This document shows positions 13,496 to 26,700 of a stretch of DNA of 64,000 nucleotides, in pieces. Position numbers and translations under genes: made by a program. Numbering within the stretch: the stretch's first letter is position 1; each line of letters opens with the position of its first letter. Source of the DNA: Raillietiella orientalis (lineage: Eukaryota). The stretch lies in the NCBI GenBank assembly GCA_036172245.1, contig JAYWIR010000002.1:3782001-3846000 (forward strand). Reading direction: 5' to 3'. Under the pieces are notes generated by a model, which saw only the letters and a list, made by a program, of their open reading frames with translations, was not told the origin of the DNA and searched no databases.

Positions 13496-14454
13496 TTGTT
13501 GTTGTTCTTAAAGTAGCTGCAATATTAACATGTGTTATCCACATTTGTAAGAGGAAGTTCGACATAGGGAATAAAACCTTCGCAACTTGGGGGACGCCTG
13601 TTTCCTTTTCCGGGAGAAGCCGGCCGCGCGGCTCGGTGTGGCCGCGAAGCTCTTAACACCGTCCACGTCACCTGATGGTGCGTGCAACTATTCACGTTGT
13701 AGGGGGTATCCCAGGAGGGGACCATCCCGTGAATCCAGGAAGGGTTCCAGGGGAAGGAATCCGTCACTTACTCTTCGTAGTGAACCTCTCCTGTTTACTC
13801 CTCTGAAGAGAACTCCGAAGGGATGTTTCCCAATTTATCTTCGAAGTCAGCGCACTTCCTGACACTCCGGCGAAGCGACCCCCCTGAAGTGGTCGTCAAC
13901 CAGCCCTATAAAAGGGCTCCCGTTTCACAACCGGAAGGGAACCTCTTATTCTCTCCGAAGGGACCCCCGGTTTGTGGGGACCGCTCGTTTATTCTCCGGA
14001 GGGCGCCCGCAAGGGAGCCTTTCCTTGTTACCCCTTTGAGGAGAACTCCAAAGGGACGCCTCCAAATACTCTCTGGAGGGCTTCTCTGACTCTGGAAAGG
14101 CGATCCCCTCCGGAGGGGTCATCAATTGGTTCCACAGAACGTGATGAGGGGCCCCCTTCCTTGAGGGGGTGAATGGTGAGGACGACTCTTTTTTCGCAGC
14201 CATAGGGAAACCTCGAAGGGCTTCCCGATTCTTAGGAGGACCCCAGAGGGTCAGCTTTCATTCCCGGAGGCCGGTCAACGGGGGTTTCTGACTTTCACCT
14301 GTGCCGCCGCAACCGAACGCGCCAACCAGCGTCATCTTGCGGTAGGGACTCGAAACCACATTGCACCTTCCCTTCCGTTCTCGGCGTCGGCCCTTACCCG
14401 GGCAAGATTCCAACCCGTGACGGTTGGTGCCACGCACGGAGCCACACGGCTACC
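13496..14454 (-). mobile_element. Long (~960 bp) tRNA-headed SINE-like element, apparently full length (copy A)
   Basis: Head with an A-box-like GCCGTGTGGCT and a B-box-like GGTTGGAATCT; core CAAGATGACGCTGGTTGGC; body with internal repeats (GAGAACTCCRAAGGG); (CAA)n tail. Aligns to 19345-19690, 20598-20757 and 56305-57940. Confidence 0.75.
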
Positions 14455-16906
14455 AACACGGGACGGTTCCCGGTTTTAGAGGCGAGATGACTCCGTGGTC
14501 CCAACACCTTGAGGCTGGAAGAGGCTGCCGCATCCCCTGCCAAGAGCACAGCTCGCTGATACCGCTTGCGAGGTCCCGAGTCCAGGAACCGGCAGGCACC
14601 CGGTGGGATCCATCCCAGGAGCGAACTCCTCGGGGAGTGGTGGGAAGGTGGTCTGGAGTGTTCCGCGGAGGGGGAGAGAACCTTGCCCCTTGCGAGCGCG
14701 CACCAGCAGCCCGTTGTGTGGGACCACGAAGCGCAGGGAGAGGAGGACGCCTTTACCCTGAAAGCGGTGCCCTCTGCCGTGAGGGCGGCGGCCGTAGAGT
14801 TCTCGAGATCCTGGAGTCCCGAGGAAAACTGTCCAGGGGATCAAGGCTACCCGGGAGACGGGCGGGTGGAACGCATCGGAAAGGAAATGGCGCGCTCGCG
14901 CCAGCGGATTTGCTGCGATGGGTGCCGGAAACATCGGGCAGGTCACCCCAGCATTTGAGCAGTCAGCCTGTGACATTTCAGAAGAGGAAGACGGTGGAAA
15001 GCGCTTTCCTCTTCCATTGTGTAACATTTGTGTACACTCCTTCTTTTGGAACTGTCCTGTGAGGTGTACGCCTGTGCACACCCTTCGCCTTAACCCTACT
15101 GCATGCTACGGATTGGAACCGATTGCTTCAGGTGCCCCCGTTCAAACAACCGAGGTCTTTCCATCTTGAGGACTCCGACCAGCCGTCCCGATGAGACGTC
15201 GCACAGTCTTCCAGGTCTTCTGCTTAGACGTCAAGCGAACCGCCATCCATTTGGAGGAACCTACGCCAACGTCGCAACAAACGGCAGTTGCTCGGTAACT
15301 GTCGGCCTACCGACGCGCCCTCGTGCGGATGCCAACGCGCTTCGCCACGGCCCGCCTAGCTGCTCTCCCGAGACTCCTCGATGCACACGGCCGCGAAAGC
15401 GACCCTCCCGCTGCGTGTCCAGCAGCGCGCCAACCTCCGCTCACGAGGTTCTCAAGGAACACCGCGAACTCGCAACACGGCGCGCGGGAAGTGCCCGGGG
15501 CGAAGATTCGGCTGCTACGGAAGCGAGACGAAGTCCCACGTCAACCCAGCGTTTCTTAGGCGCCTGATGCCCTTGAGCTCTGTTGACGAGCTGCCTAGAG
15601 AGCACCGAGGAGCGGAGCAGGCGAGCGCCATCTTTGGCTGGAGATGGACAGTCCCCCCGTTTCCAGGGTACGCAAGGATTGCGCAACCGCTCTCACGAGA
15701 CTCCCGTGCCCGATTCCTGCGTCCAGGGCAGGTGGATCCGGCTCTGTCCCCAGGATGATGTCTCCCGTTTGCAAGGGTTTCCGCCGGGAGTCGGAGGCTG
15801 CGCTCCACAGCGCGCAAGCAGTAGATCCGCGCCCCCCTCCGCTATCAGGAGACTTTGGGAGTGAAGTGCCGGTTCGCCGAGATGCTCCGTCTGGGAGAGA
15901 AGACCCGGAGAAGGTCCTTTCCGCCGGTCCCGTGCCTCGCACGGTAACGCTCCTCCGCTGACGCAGACGGGCGTTCCGATGGGCATGGCGGGTGGAGTCG
16001 GCAGATGGCGCGCGGGGTGTCTTGCTCTGCGGTGGCGAGAGAGGGCGGAGTCGCCCGACTCGCCGGAGACCCAGCTGCTCTTACGGCAAGATCGGAACGC
16101 GCGGGGCCGCTCGGCTCGAACGCCGGTCGCGAACCTCTTGTCTCCGGCAGGAACCAGGGGAGGCGAACGGTGGGCGGTGCCGTCCCGCTCCAAGGCATCG
16201 GCCTTTCCGATTGGCGTTTCCTTACCTGTGGTCCGCGCGACCGGGATGCCGGGAGGAACAGGTCGGTCGGCGGAGCGTCGTTTGCCCGGGAGGGATGGCC
16301 CGCGAGGGAGGCCAGAGCAGCCCTTCCGTTGCCGCATGCATCGGCGAGAGACGTGCCCGTCCTCCGCACCCTTGAGGATGGGCGCGTGGGGGCACGGTGG
16401 ACCGAGGCGCCACGCAACGCTCTTCCTTCTTCCTCTTCTTTCCTCTTAGCGCCATTTTGCGGCAGACATGGAAGGCAGGAGCAACGCCAACCCTCCCCAC
16501 ACCCTTCCTTTCCCTGCTTGGCACCACTCCTGACATGAGGGGTCGAAGAAGGAGTGTCGAGCTGCCGTTTCTCCAGTCATCCCTCGCTGATGGCAATGGA
16601 GAGCGAAGGGGGAGTCCCAAGCGCTCTCCGCTGTTCGTCCTCCAGCGGCCGTACGCAAAACCCCACCGACCTTCCACTCTTTGTCGTCCCCTTGCGGTCG
16701 GACGTGGAGTCAGTTAGGAGTGAGCTCCAACCTGCCGCTTGGGCCGCGCCCTCCTCTTCGCTGCACTCCCTCCTGTGCACTCCCTCCGTCGAGAGGGAGG
16801 AGGGTAGATGGCAGCACGCTGTGGCTCGCATCTCTCGTGGCCTAGGGCCACGGGTCGAACCTGCGTCCACGGGAGGAGGGACGGGAAGGAAATAGTGAGG
16901 TTGGAT

Positions 16907-17200
16907 CACCCGATCACGCCGGGGTCTGCCTTCAACTCAAGTCAGACAGAAGTTAGGGGGAGGGTTCACCCACACGCAGGTCGGAGATCTCTAAAAACCC
17001 ATAACAGGAAGGAGGGTCGGAAGAGAAGACGGGAGGAATGGAGTCTCCCCTTCCTGATGAATAAGGAAAACCGGGAAAGGTCCGGAGCGAAAAGGAAGGG
17101 GCGATAAAAAGGGGAAAAAAATGAAAGGAGGGCTGGGACAGGGGTTAATGGTGTCGGCCATTCCTTCTCTTCGGAAGCGGCACTGGATGCCGGCGATCTG
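16907..17200 (-). mobile_element. Diverged LINE 3' end
   Basis: Terminal CCCCGGCGTGATCGGGTG, a purine-rich UTR tract on + and GGATGCCGGCG matching the family C-terminus region. Confidence 0.4.
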
Positions 17201-18489
17201 TGCCTTCACTTCCGCTTCGAGGTGAGGCTGCCCTCACGTGGGCGACCTCCCGCCTCCATGCTCACGTCTGTAGGATGTGGCGGGCCGTGACGATGGCGCA
17301 CCGTGGAGTGGAGTGGGGTGGAATAGGCAACGCGGCTGCCAAGCAGCAGCAAGACGGGGGAAGGGGTTGTCGGTGAGAGACACCGGAAGGGGGCGCGTGC
17401 ATGGAGAGGCTCACGAAGTGCAACCGCGCCGCCAACCACTCCACGTCCCAGAAGCTGCGAGCGATGGACTAGACGCCCTCCGAACGCCGCCACCTCGCCT
17501 CGGACCGAGGTGCAGAGTTCGTGTGCCGCGTGACCTCCCCACTTGCAGCCGGCGGGTTGCCGCTTAGCCTGCTCCCCGGTGTGGCCCAGAAGCTCGCCCT
17601 GCACGCAGCCTCCATCCCCCCCTTCCTCCTCCGAGGATGGCGTCGTTTTCGGGTGCATTTCCGGAACGGAGGAGACCCTCCCGAGAGTCGGCGCGGAAGA
17701 TGTCCGGCCGCCCATGGAAGAAAGGAATGGATGATCGCGAAAGAGAATGAGCGTGTGCCTGCAGGCCGTCGCTTGTACGCAGTCTGCTTCGTTATGTACG
17801 GTTCCCGTGTACACAGCTCAGCGCGCATCCGGTACTGCCGTTCGCGCGCGATGCTGCGGGTCGAACAGGCGCGGGCGGGACGCGTAACCCCCCGCAGGCG
17901 CACGCGCCTGCGCACGACAATTATGGCACGGGGACGGCTGCCTTCCCTTTTCTCTTGATCAGGGGGGATCTCGTTTTCGGGGGGGGGGGGATTCCGGGGC
18001 GCTCTCTGAACAAAGGGTTTGGCACGTCGCCTGCGCCGAGCTGCGAGCTCTGAGAACCCTGAATTTTCTGCGCGAGCGCACGAGCTCCCGGAAAGCCTGT
18101 GGCCTCCCTAGGGAGGGTCGATGCGCTCGTCTGAGAAGGGTCCTGTCCGAAGGAAGCAGCGGCTCGGCAGGACGAAACGTCTCGCCACGGTCATCCCTTC
18201 TTTCCCCATGAAAAAAAAAAAAAAACTCCGGGATATTCCAGGGGGATCACTGTCGTCGCAAGGACTCGGCGTCCAAGCCGACGCATCCGAGCTTGCGTCA
18301 GCCGGCGCCGCCTGCGCGCGCTTTCGCGAGGGTGGGGCACCCAGGCCGCCGAGGTCACGCGCGCGAGCTCTCTCTTCTTCCTAAATGAGTCCCAAGTTCT
18401 CCCGAGGCCGGCGGACGGCCAGACGCCAGCGAGTCCCTTCCTATTCCGTGAAGGCTGCAGGGGCGCGCGGACGGCGTGTACACGGGTGT

Positions 18490-19340
18490 GTCCTTCGACC
18501 GGTCACGCTGGGGCGCTTCTTGTAAGGAAAAATACAAAGTCAAACTGCTGGTCATTCATGAAGGTGCGTGGTGGCAGTGCAAGGCCATCACTTCCGTATG
18601 TTCCGGAGGAGTCCCCTTCTCGAAGAGGTCGCCGAAAGAGGTCCGCGCAGAAAAACTGGGGGAAGGAGCGGTAAACAACCACAAAAATCAATAAACATTA
18701 AACAAAAAAGTACTGAAGTGTTTAAGGGGGAAGGGGAGGGGATCACAGGTGGCTCCCCGAGGGGATCACTGACCTCTGCATACCCTAAAGGGTGCCGGCG
18801 AGCTCCTCCTATTCGTGTGCCTCAGGTGAAGCCACCTCGTGGCGATCCTCAGGAACGAGAGGAAGAGGGGGAGGGCGGCTTCCCTTCTGTTCCCGCCCGT
18901 GTGGCTGGGGCTTCCAGTCGCCACGATCCCGCGGGCGCTGCGCGAAAAGTGCAATCGCCGCGGCAGACGGCGTGGAGCCATCTGACTGAGGCCCTATGAG
19001 GTGGTCTTCTAAGAGGGTCAGGGACGTGTCAAACATCTCCACGAACGCACTGAAAGGCAGCACATTCGAAAAGAGAGCGCGGCGAGGCTTCTCTTTCGCC
19101 GCTCCCTTGTCACGGTCCGGGGTCGCGGTTCCCCTAATCCAGTGGTGGGGGCGCGCGTCGTATGGGATGCCGCAGCGCCGAGTCCTGCCACTTCCGGGGG
19201 GCGCGGAGCTGTCCGGGAGCACCTCAAGGATCTCCAGTTCATCCTCGAAGGGATCATTCTGCGCGGGGATTCGCAGGAGGTCCTATAGGCCAAGTCCTTT
19301 CTTTCGGGCGCTCCCCGAAGGTAGCGACGCGCTTCTTGCA
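18490..19340 (-). mobile_element. 5'-truncated LINE copy
   Basis: Terminal CCAGCGTGACCGG, hairpin 18568-18591, and GGGATCACAGG...CCTCTGCATACCC...GGTGCCGGCGAG matching the other copies. Confidence 0.7.
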
Positions 19341-19344
19341 TACA

Positions 19345-19690
19345 CTGGAGAGGTGTCATCAATCCACCAACTCCATGGTAGGAGATGAAAGGCCACCCCT
19401 GAGGGAGGGGACGACGTCTCCTTTGCATAACCAGAGGGGAACTAGCCATTCTTTGTTTCCGTTCCCTGGAGGGACTCTGGAGGTCGACTCCCAGCCCTGG
19501 GCACTCATTGGGGGCATCTGACTTGAACCGCCACCGGTGTCGCACCCGAATGTAGGCCAACCAGTGCCATCTTGTGGGAGGAACTCGAACCCACGGAGCA
19601 CCCATTTCTCTGGCGTTGATCCTTCCCCGAGTGGATTCGAGTCCATGACGCTTGGAGCCATACGCGGAGACCCCAGCAGCCACATGGCCT
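19345..19690 (-). mobile_element. SINE copy C (head, core and partial body; empty at the LINE target site)
   Basis: B-box-like GACTCGAATCC, core CAAGATGGCACTGGTTGGCC, and body aligning with 14100-14310. Confidence 0.75.
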
Positions 19691-20493
19691 CCGACGTGGA
19701 GAGGGTGGCGAGGGTGAAAGGGCGAGTCATCAGTCCAGCATCTTAATCTTTCTTCCTTTCTGCGACCTCGCAGTTTGTTTCTCGCCTTGAGGGCGAGCGG
19801 ATGGCTGTCCTGTCCGTTCCTCAGGTACGACAGCGTCGCGGCAGGATTAGCTCGCTGGGTCCACGAGGTCTTCCTCCGGGCAGTCCATTTATCCCTTTGG
19901 CGGGCAGCGAGCGCAACCGGAGCGCCGCAGTAGTCGCGTTTCCTCCAGGCTCGCGCCTCTGCTTCCCATTTCCAGGCGTCACCGCTCGTCGGGGAGCGGC
20001 AGACCCAGGAACCAAGGCAACCACCTTCCGGAGCCGGCAGCCGCCGCACCGAGGGCCGTCTTCGGCCAGGTGAGTCCCTCCAGGCCGGCGCGCACCAACG
20101 GGTGCTCCAGAACTTTGCCGCCTAAGCTGCTCTTCGGGAACTGCTCCTTTCCAGAGTGGGGACATCCAGTTCGCCGTCCCGATGCGGCGTGGCGCGAGTT
20201 CTCCGAGCAGACCCGGGGTCATCGCATGTCCCTAGAAGGCTTCTTGCGGAAGGACCTCGGTCCGATTCTGGACGCTTCCGTGAAGGGAGGCCAAGCGCAA
20301 AAGCAGGGGTCGAGGGATAGGCATCCCAGGAGCGCTGTACGTCCTGGCCGTGTGCAGCGCAACGGCGGGATCGCTCGGCTCTGAGAGCAACATGCATAGA
20401 GCGCTCCTCCATACTCCCTCCCGGTCGTGCGAGCCGATCCCCCTTTCCCCCCGGACAGGGCGTGGCTCGGAAACCGTCGAAGAGCTCCAGCTC

Positions 20494-20757
20494 TTTTTTT
20501 TTTATATATATATAAGTAACGTGGCAGGATCAAACGCCCTGCCACAGACCTGTATGTTTATTTTTATAATAAACGCCCTGGCATGACCGGATGTCAACCA
20601 GTGCTGCACCCGAATAGGCCAACCAGCGTCATCTTGTGGGGGGAACTCGAAACACATGACGCACCCCTCGTTCTCGGCGTCGATCCTTTCCCCGGCGGGA
20701 TTCGAAGTCGCAACTCTTTGGTACCACGTGCGGAGACTGAAGCCATACGGCCGCCAA
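20494..20757 (-). mobile_element. Chimeric SINE head + antisense LINE tail + (TA)n-A10 (copy D)
   Basis: SINE head and core at 20757-20598 joined to the LINE tail at 20597-20512 at the same junction as 56486/56487; ends in an A-run. Confidence 0.75.
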
Positions 20758-23700
20758 GCATCAGAACGGTCACATTTTGTGGCAGTTACCACTGGTAGCG
20801 AACTGTCTGCGATCCCGAATGCTCAATTTGGATCTTTGACGTCCAGTTCTCCCGTGGAATGAGAAGGAAGCGGGGAATTACCAAGGGCAGTTCTTTATTC
20901 CAGATTTCTCTGCTTCGAGGCACCATTTTGAATTGGTGAAATTTTGAATTTGAAATCCTCACCAGTGCCTGATTCCCCTTCCAGATGGGATCGGTGTCTA
21001 TCCATTCTCCCGGTTGTCCAATTTGGGCTGAGATCGGTACACTCGGGCTGCTTCAGCAACTTAGGCCAAACACATCTGTGAGCCGCAAACGGCCATTTTT
21101 CCCGGTACTCGGCAACCTCCAGGAGTGGTGGCGCGTCCATGGTTTCCATGGAATATTCCAGTGACTTCATCCCGGTGAAACCGTCTTCTTGCAGGCGTCT
21201 TCTTTCTTCTTCGTCTTCTTCAAGGCTCAAGAGCTTGATCCCCATCCTTGGTTCGGACTCCTCTCCATAGCAATTTCCTCTGCAGTCTTTCTACTCTTCT
21301 CCGGCTCTTTCGGGGCCAACGCGAGCCCTCGCGAGACGCCGGATTTCGACGCCAGACCAAAAGCCACAAAGAGGGGAAAAAAGAGGAGCGAAACGAACCG
21401 AAAGGAAGGACGATGTCGGCAAGCGGCGGCGGGGGAGGAGCGCTAGAATTGCCCCCCCCCCCTCCTTCCTTTTATGGCTACCTTCTTTGGATGCGGCGAT
21501 CTAGATCAGAGCAAGCAGATGGTCGCTCCCTCCTTCCTTTCCGCTCGCGAACATCCCGCGCGCATCCATCTTTGAGCCGCGCTCTCGCCATTCATTCAGA
21601 CGGAACTCGAAAGGGGGGGGAGAGGGGCACCTGCCAATGAAGCTTTCGGGAAGAGAAAAGAAATCTTCCCTGCGGGCACGCAAGCCACACGAGATACAGC
21701 GGACGATTCCCGGAAAGCGGCTCATCCGAGCGGCCGAGACTCCGATAAGAATAATGGATGGGATGCTCGTCAGCGAAGATTCCCGGAGGCGGAGTTGGCG
21801 TTGGCGGTGCGCTCCCAGCGACAGGGTTGGAGGGGACGTCTGCTTCCCACTGGTTCGCATTCCCCTAGGGGGCCGTCTGATCCCCCTCCTCCCCACGCGC
21901 ACACGAACCCGCTCAGGTCCGAGGACCGCGGCTGGGCCTCCCAAGCTGTCTGGCCGCACCGCCAGCGAAGGGGAAGCCAGGGGGAAGGGTTCCGCGGTGA
22001 CCACTGTTGGCGACGGTCCCCCGCGCGCCCTGCTCCCTCTCAAGGCTCTACGGAGATGCTCTCCCGGAGGCGCCGCCGCCAAATAGTGCATCCCGTGTCC
22101 GGCTCGAGCGATTTCCCTGTTCCCGCTCCATGAGGCTCAAGGAAGGCCGCGAGCATCTCCCCGAGACTGGCGCGGTTTTTCCCGTGCATCCTCCACCCCC
22201 TCTTTGGCAGAAGAAGCTCCGCTCGCGCGCGCGCTCCACCTCCCTCCCTGCGAAGACCCGCCGCTCATCTATGCCCGAAGGCCAGGAAGGCCTGAGCAAA
22301 CAGAAGCCATAAGAGCGTCCTCTCGAAAGGAAACTTTTCGACGCTCCGTGTCCGGAGGGATGCAGCATCGTTCGCGAGTCGCTTCTCTGTTTCTCTTCCT
22401 CCTCCTCCTCCCCCTTTCGCCGATCCATCAAGCAGCTCTTAGTAAAATCCCGGTGCAGAGATATCGAGCCGGGAGCTTTTCGCTGGGAAAATTCAATAAC
22501 GCGGGGTCACGTGGGCCCGGTGAAAACAAAACGCCGCGATCATCGCCGTAACGAGCGTTCGCGCAGCAAATCGTGCGATGGCGGAGAGCAGGCGAAGGGG
22601 TTCGGGAGTGGTGGGGGTCGGAAGCAGGCGATTCCTCCCGCGATGCAGCGGGTTTCTTTCCCAGGGACGAGCCGCGAACGCGGAAACGTGCGCGAAAGGG
22701 GTGTGAGCACCCCCTTTTCTCTCGCTCGCGTGATTACGTCAGCGCGCGCATGAGCGCTGACTTGCTGGTCTCGGGAAGAGAGAGAGAGAGAAAAAAAAAA
22801 CGCATTCGCTTCCGCTCGTCCCCGAAGGCCTTGCGCGTAGGGCTTCCTTCTTTGCTTCGAGATAAAAATACCGAGGCTCTTCTGGATGTTCTTTGCACCT
22901 CTGCGCTGCCCCACCCCTGGTGCTCCCGCCGGGCTGTTCGAGCTTCGCTGCTCGCGACGGGGACGATGAGAAAAATTCCCCGCGGCGCTGCGCCTCTCGA
23001 CAGGCGCGTTCCTTCCTCCGCAGGCAGCCTCGGCGAAGTTGGGTTCTCGACCCCCAGTGCCACGGAGGTCATCGACTGATTCGCACGAACCTCCCCCCCC
23101 TCCCCCCATTTGGTGAATAATCGGAAAAACAAAGGCAACAACAAGAAAAAGAAAAAACATGCGCGCTCAAAGGGGAGAAGACGAAAACATCACTTGCTAA
23201 GCGAATTGTCAGATGCAGCATGTGACCTCATAAATCCAACTACCGCGTTGACAGTCATGCTCAAGAGCACTGGGAACATGACTGGCCCTGGCGGATGTTC
23301 CGACGTAATTGGGTTTCCCACTGCCTTTAGTGGAATTATAACGGTAATGAATTCTTTCCGGTCTTTCCGATTCTTGAGCTCAGCACCGCAGTTCTTCCTC
23401 GGCGAAGGTGGAACCTCCCCCCCCCTGCTCCCCCCCTCACACAGGCCGCGCGCCACCAGTTCCTCTGCGATTCGAGGATTCGCAACAATCGCCAGTGGTG
23501 TTGATTGTTGGTTGTTCAGTTGCTTCGTCGCTAGGAAACCCCAAACGAAAGGTGGTTGTCAAGGAGCATTTCTCGGGGTCCACTGCAAGCAGGGGGGAAA
23601 AAAAAAAGAAAGAAAGAGGCACTTTGTTGATATTATGCGAGTGCTCGTGATTTTATTATAGATGCTCTTGTCATGAAACTCTCCAAACCAATTAGCAGTG

Positions 23701-26700
23701 TTCTCCCCACCTAGTTGAAGCCGCCGAGTAATGGGCTCCGCTTTAATTTTCCTCATTTTCACGTTCGACATCGACTAATGGAAACAGAATGAGGCTGATG
23801 CGAAGATAATCCGACGCTTTTCCTTAGGCTTTCCCCGAAAGACGCAGAAAGAAGTGTTGAATATTCTGAGGACGGCCCTCTGATCGAAGTGTAGTCGCTG
23901 CGACGACGAATGGATGCACCAGACGGGGGATTCCGGCTAGAGCTTGGGGCAGGGGGGAGGGGAGAGGAAAGCTTGCAGACGCTTCCTCATCGGGAAGAAA
24001 GGATTCCTGTCAACTAGCTCGCTCGAAATTTGCCAAAAGTTCGAAAGGTGGGGGGGATTCGTGGTTAAGTGGTCCTTCCGACATTCCGCGCGTGCGCCGG
24101 CAGTTTCTTTGTTCTTGCGCGCTTCGTTTCCAGCGAGCCCACGTTCACCCACTGCATGGTTTGCTATGCTGAAAACACCCTTTCCATATTCTTTGTGCGG
24201 TGGGGAAAAAAAGGAAAAGAGAGACAGAGAGACGGGGGGGGGGGGAACAAGAAAAAAAGGGCAGTCTTCAATCTTCAAGAAGACTGCTACTACCACGAGA
24301 CTCACGGTCTTGGAGTAGAATTTCCTCAATGTCCTAAGCTCTTGCGGAGCAAAAGCTCTTTCTTCGTTTGCTAGGGAACGTCACTTCTCGTTTGAGCGAT
24401 TAGAAATGAGAACGGTTCCGAATCAAAACCTCAATTTTCTGAAAGAGGAATGTCTCGTCGGATTAATTACAACCGCGGAGACTTTTGAAGTGATGGAGGT
24501 GAGCCGAGCTTTTCAGATGCAGCCAGCGCTTGGCGACCGGCCTTCCGAGAGCTCCCGGAGACTCAGGATGACCTTGGATGGGTCATCCCTGCAGGGAAAA
24601 TAATGGTTGCAGGCGTTTCGCAAACCACATTTCACTCATTGCCTTCTCCTCGCAGAAAATATCTGTGAAGACGCACCAGCTTGCTGGGTCCAGATGAGTA
24701 TCTGCATACACAGCTTCTGGAATTCCGGACGTGAGAAATTTGGCAGCCCCTATTGTGATAAAGCAAATGGGACACGCACCTGTCAACCTCTGGCCGTGTA
24801 TCTTCCTGATGGTGTTTCTTTGCATCGCATGAAAACACCATGATGAAAACCACTTTGTTTTCTTTTTCTTTTTTTTCTTCGACCGAAAGCTCCCTATCCT
24901 CTTCCACGTGCAGGGTGTCCTGGAAATAAAAGACTGCGTGGGATTTCAAAAATTGGATTTGAATATCAAATAAAAGAAAAAAAAATTGCATACACGGACC
25001 AGTAATCTTTTCACGAGCTCGCCTTTGGAAATTCAGGGAGAAAGCATTTTAGCAGGACATTCGAGAACTGTCCCTGTAAGGAAAGAGAAATAAATCGTAT
25101 CGTGAACAAAGGAACTCATCTCACACCTCCTCCTGGAACTTTTCCTTCATGCTAAACCTCTAGCATCCTTTCTGAGAGAAGTGCAATCTTCATTTGCATG
25201 GAATCCTTGAAAATCGAAGACTTTCCACGCTTAGAAAAGGAATGTCCTTTTCAAGAGAGAAAAGAAAGAATACTTTCCTTTTTTTTTTTTTTTCTCCTTT
25301 GAGGGGGGGGGGTGCACATATAAATAAAAGTTGGGGCGTTACTTTGACGAAGTGTCGACAAAAAATCGATCGTCTTCCTGCCACTTCCAAGTGTTGAGTA
25401 CATAGCAGCTGACTTGTTTTCCTTTCCTCAATATCCAGTTTTGAATTATCCGCCATCTACCATTTCCTGCGAACGTTAATTTGCGTTGCATTTGGCGCCT
25501 CCAAGTGGATTTTCCATTACCCCGCCGTGGCAAAACGGCAACTTATCGAACTCGTGTTTCCGACGAAGGAAAGCCGTTTCCGGAAGACGAAACCGCACCT
25601 TTCCAAGGTGTTTACAAGTGGGATCGGATGAGCCTCGGAGGAGGCGCACAACACGAGTCCTGCGACGTCGCTTGCAGGTCCGACGAGGAGCCCCCTACAG
25701 GACCGTTTCCACGGGAACCGAGGATCTCCCGTTCCCGCTTGCTGCCGCCGTGGGTTGCTGCGCCGCTCGGGGCAAAGCACCGCCGGGCAGCCCAATGACG
25801 AACCTCTTCAGCAAACTGGAGACTTCTCAAAGCAACACTTTTAACGGCGCGCGCGGTCCATCCTGTTTGCGGGGCTCTCCATGCCCCCCCCCCCCCCCCA
25901 CCTTTCCTTCGAAGGGAAAGGCGGATTTCTGGGGCGCCAGCATAATATGTTGGGAAGGTTTTCCCCAGTTGGTATTCTTCCTCCTCCACGCTTCGCACCG
26001 GGCCCACTTCGTCATCCCGGAACCGTCCCGTGGTGCCAACCACGCCGGCACGGAGACGCGCGGCGTCTCCTTGAGCGGTGCACGCAACAATGAGCACAGG
26101 TGTTTTTAGCCTAAGCCCCGGCAACGTCCAATAACGATCCGAGTATTGGGCTCAGGGCTAAGCATGAATAAGGTGAAACAGAAGTGGTGCCACATTTATT
26201 TATGGGTGCTTGTAAAACAGAAAAAGAAAAAACATCAGGACTTCCCAACAGAAAAAGAGGTCGTCGACAGATTTGACATTTATTTTACGCCCGTGGGCTA
26301 CCTGCCTACTCAAAAGTTGACAATGAGCGCTTCCTGGCTATGAAGATCTCAAAATAAAAACGTCTCATGAAGATGCTGATCGTGAAATTTTCACAAAGCA
26401 CTTTTGTTTCCGTAGTCCCTGCGAGGTTCCCCCATGTGCGATCTGTGGAAGGAGAGTGGAAAATATATTCCTCTAAATCAAAGAGAACCCGCTGAATATA
26501 TTTCTAAGGAACAAGGAGAACACCCCAAAAAGGTTCTGGTTACGACTGGGCAAAAACGATTTAGATGATTCCCAGGTTTCAAGTTCGATTCCGATCCCAT
26601 AAAGTCGCCTCCAATTCCACGAAGTGTATTTATGGAAGGCCATCGAGAAAAATAATTTTCCGATCGTTCAGCTGCTACGTTATAAACAAAATCTGTTTGA

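Noticed and set aside
13790-14070. CRISPR-like repeat array
   Set aside because: The repeats are imperfect, irregularly spaced and part of a eukaryotic SINE body; no cas genes.
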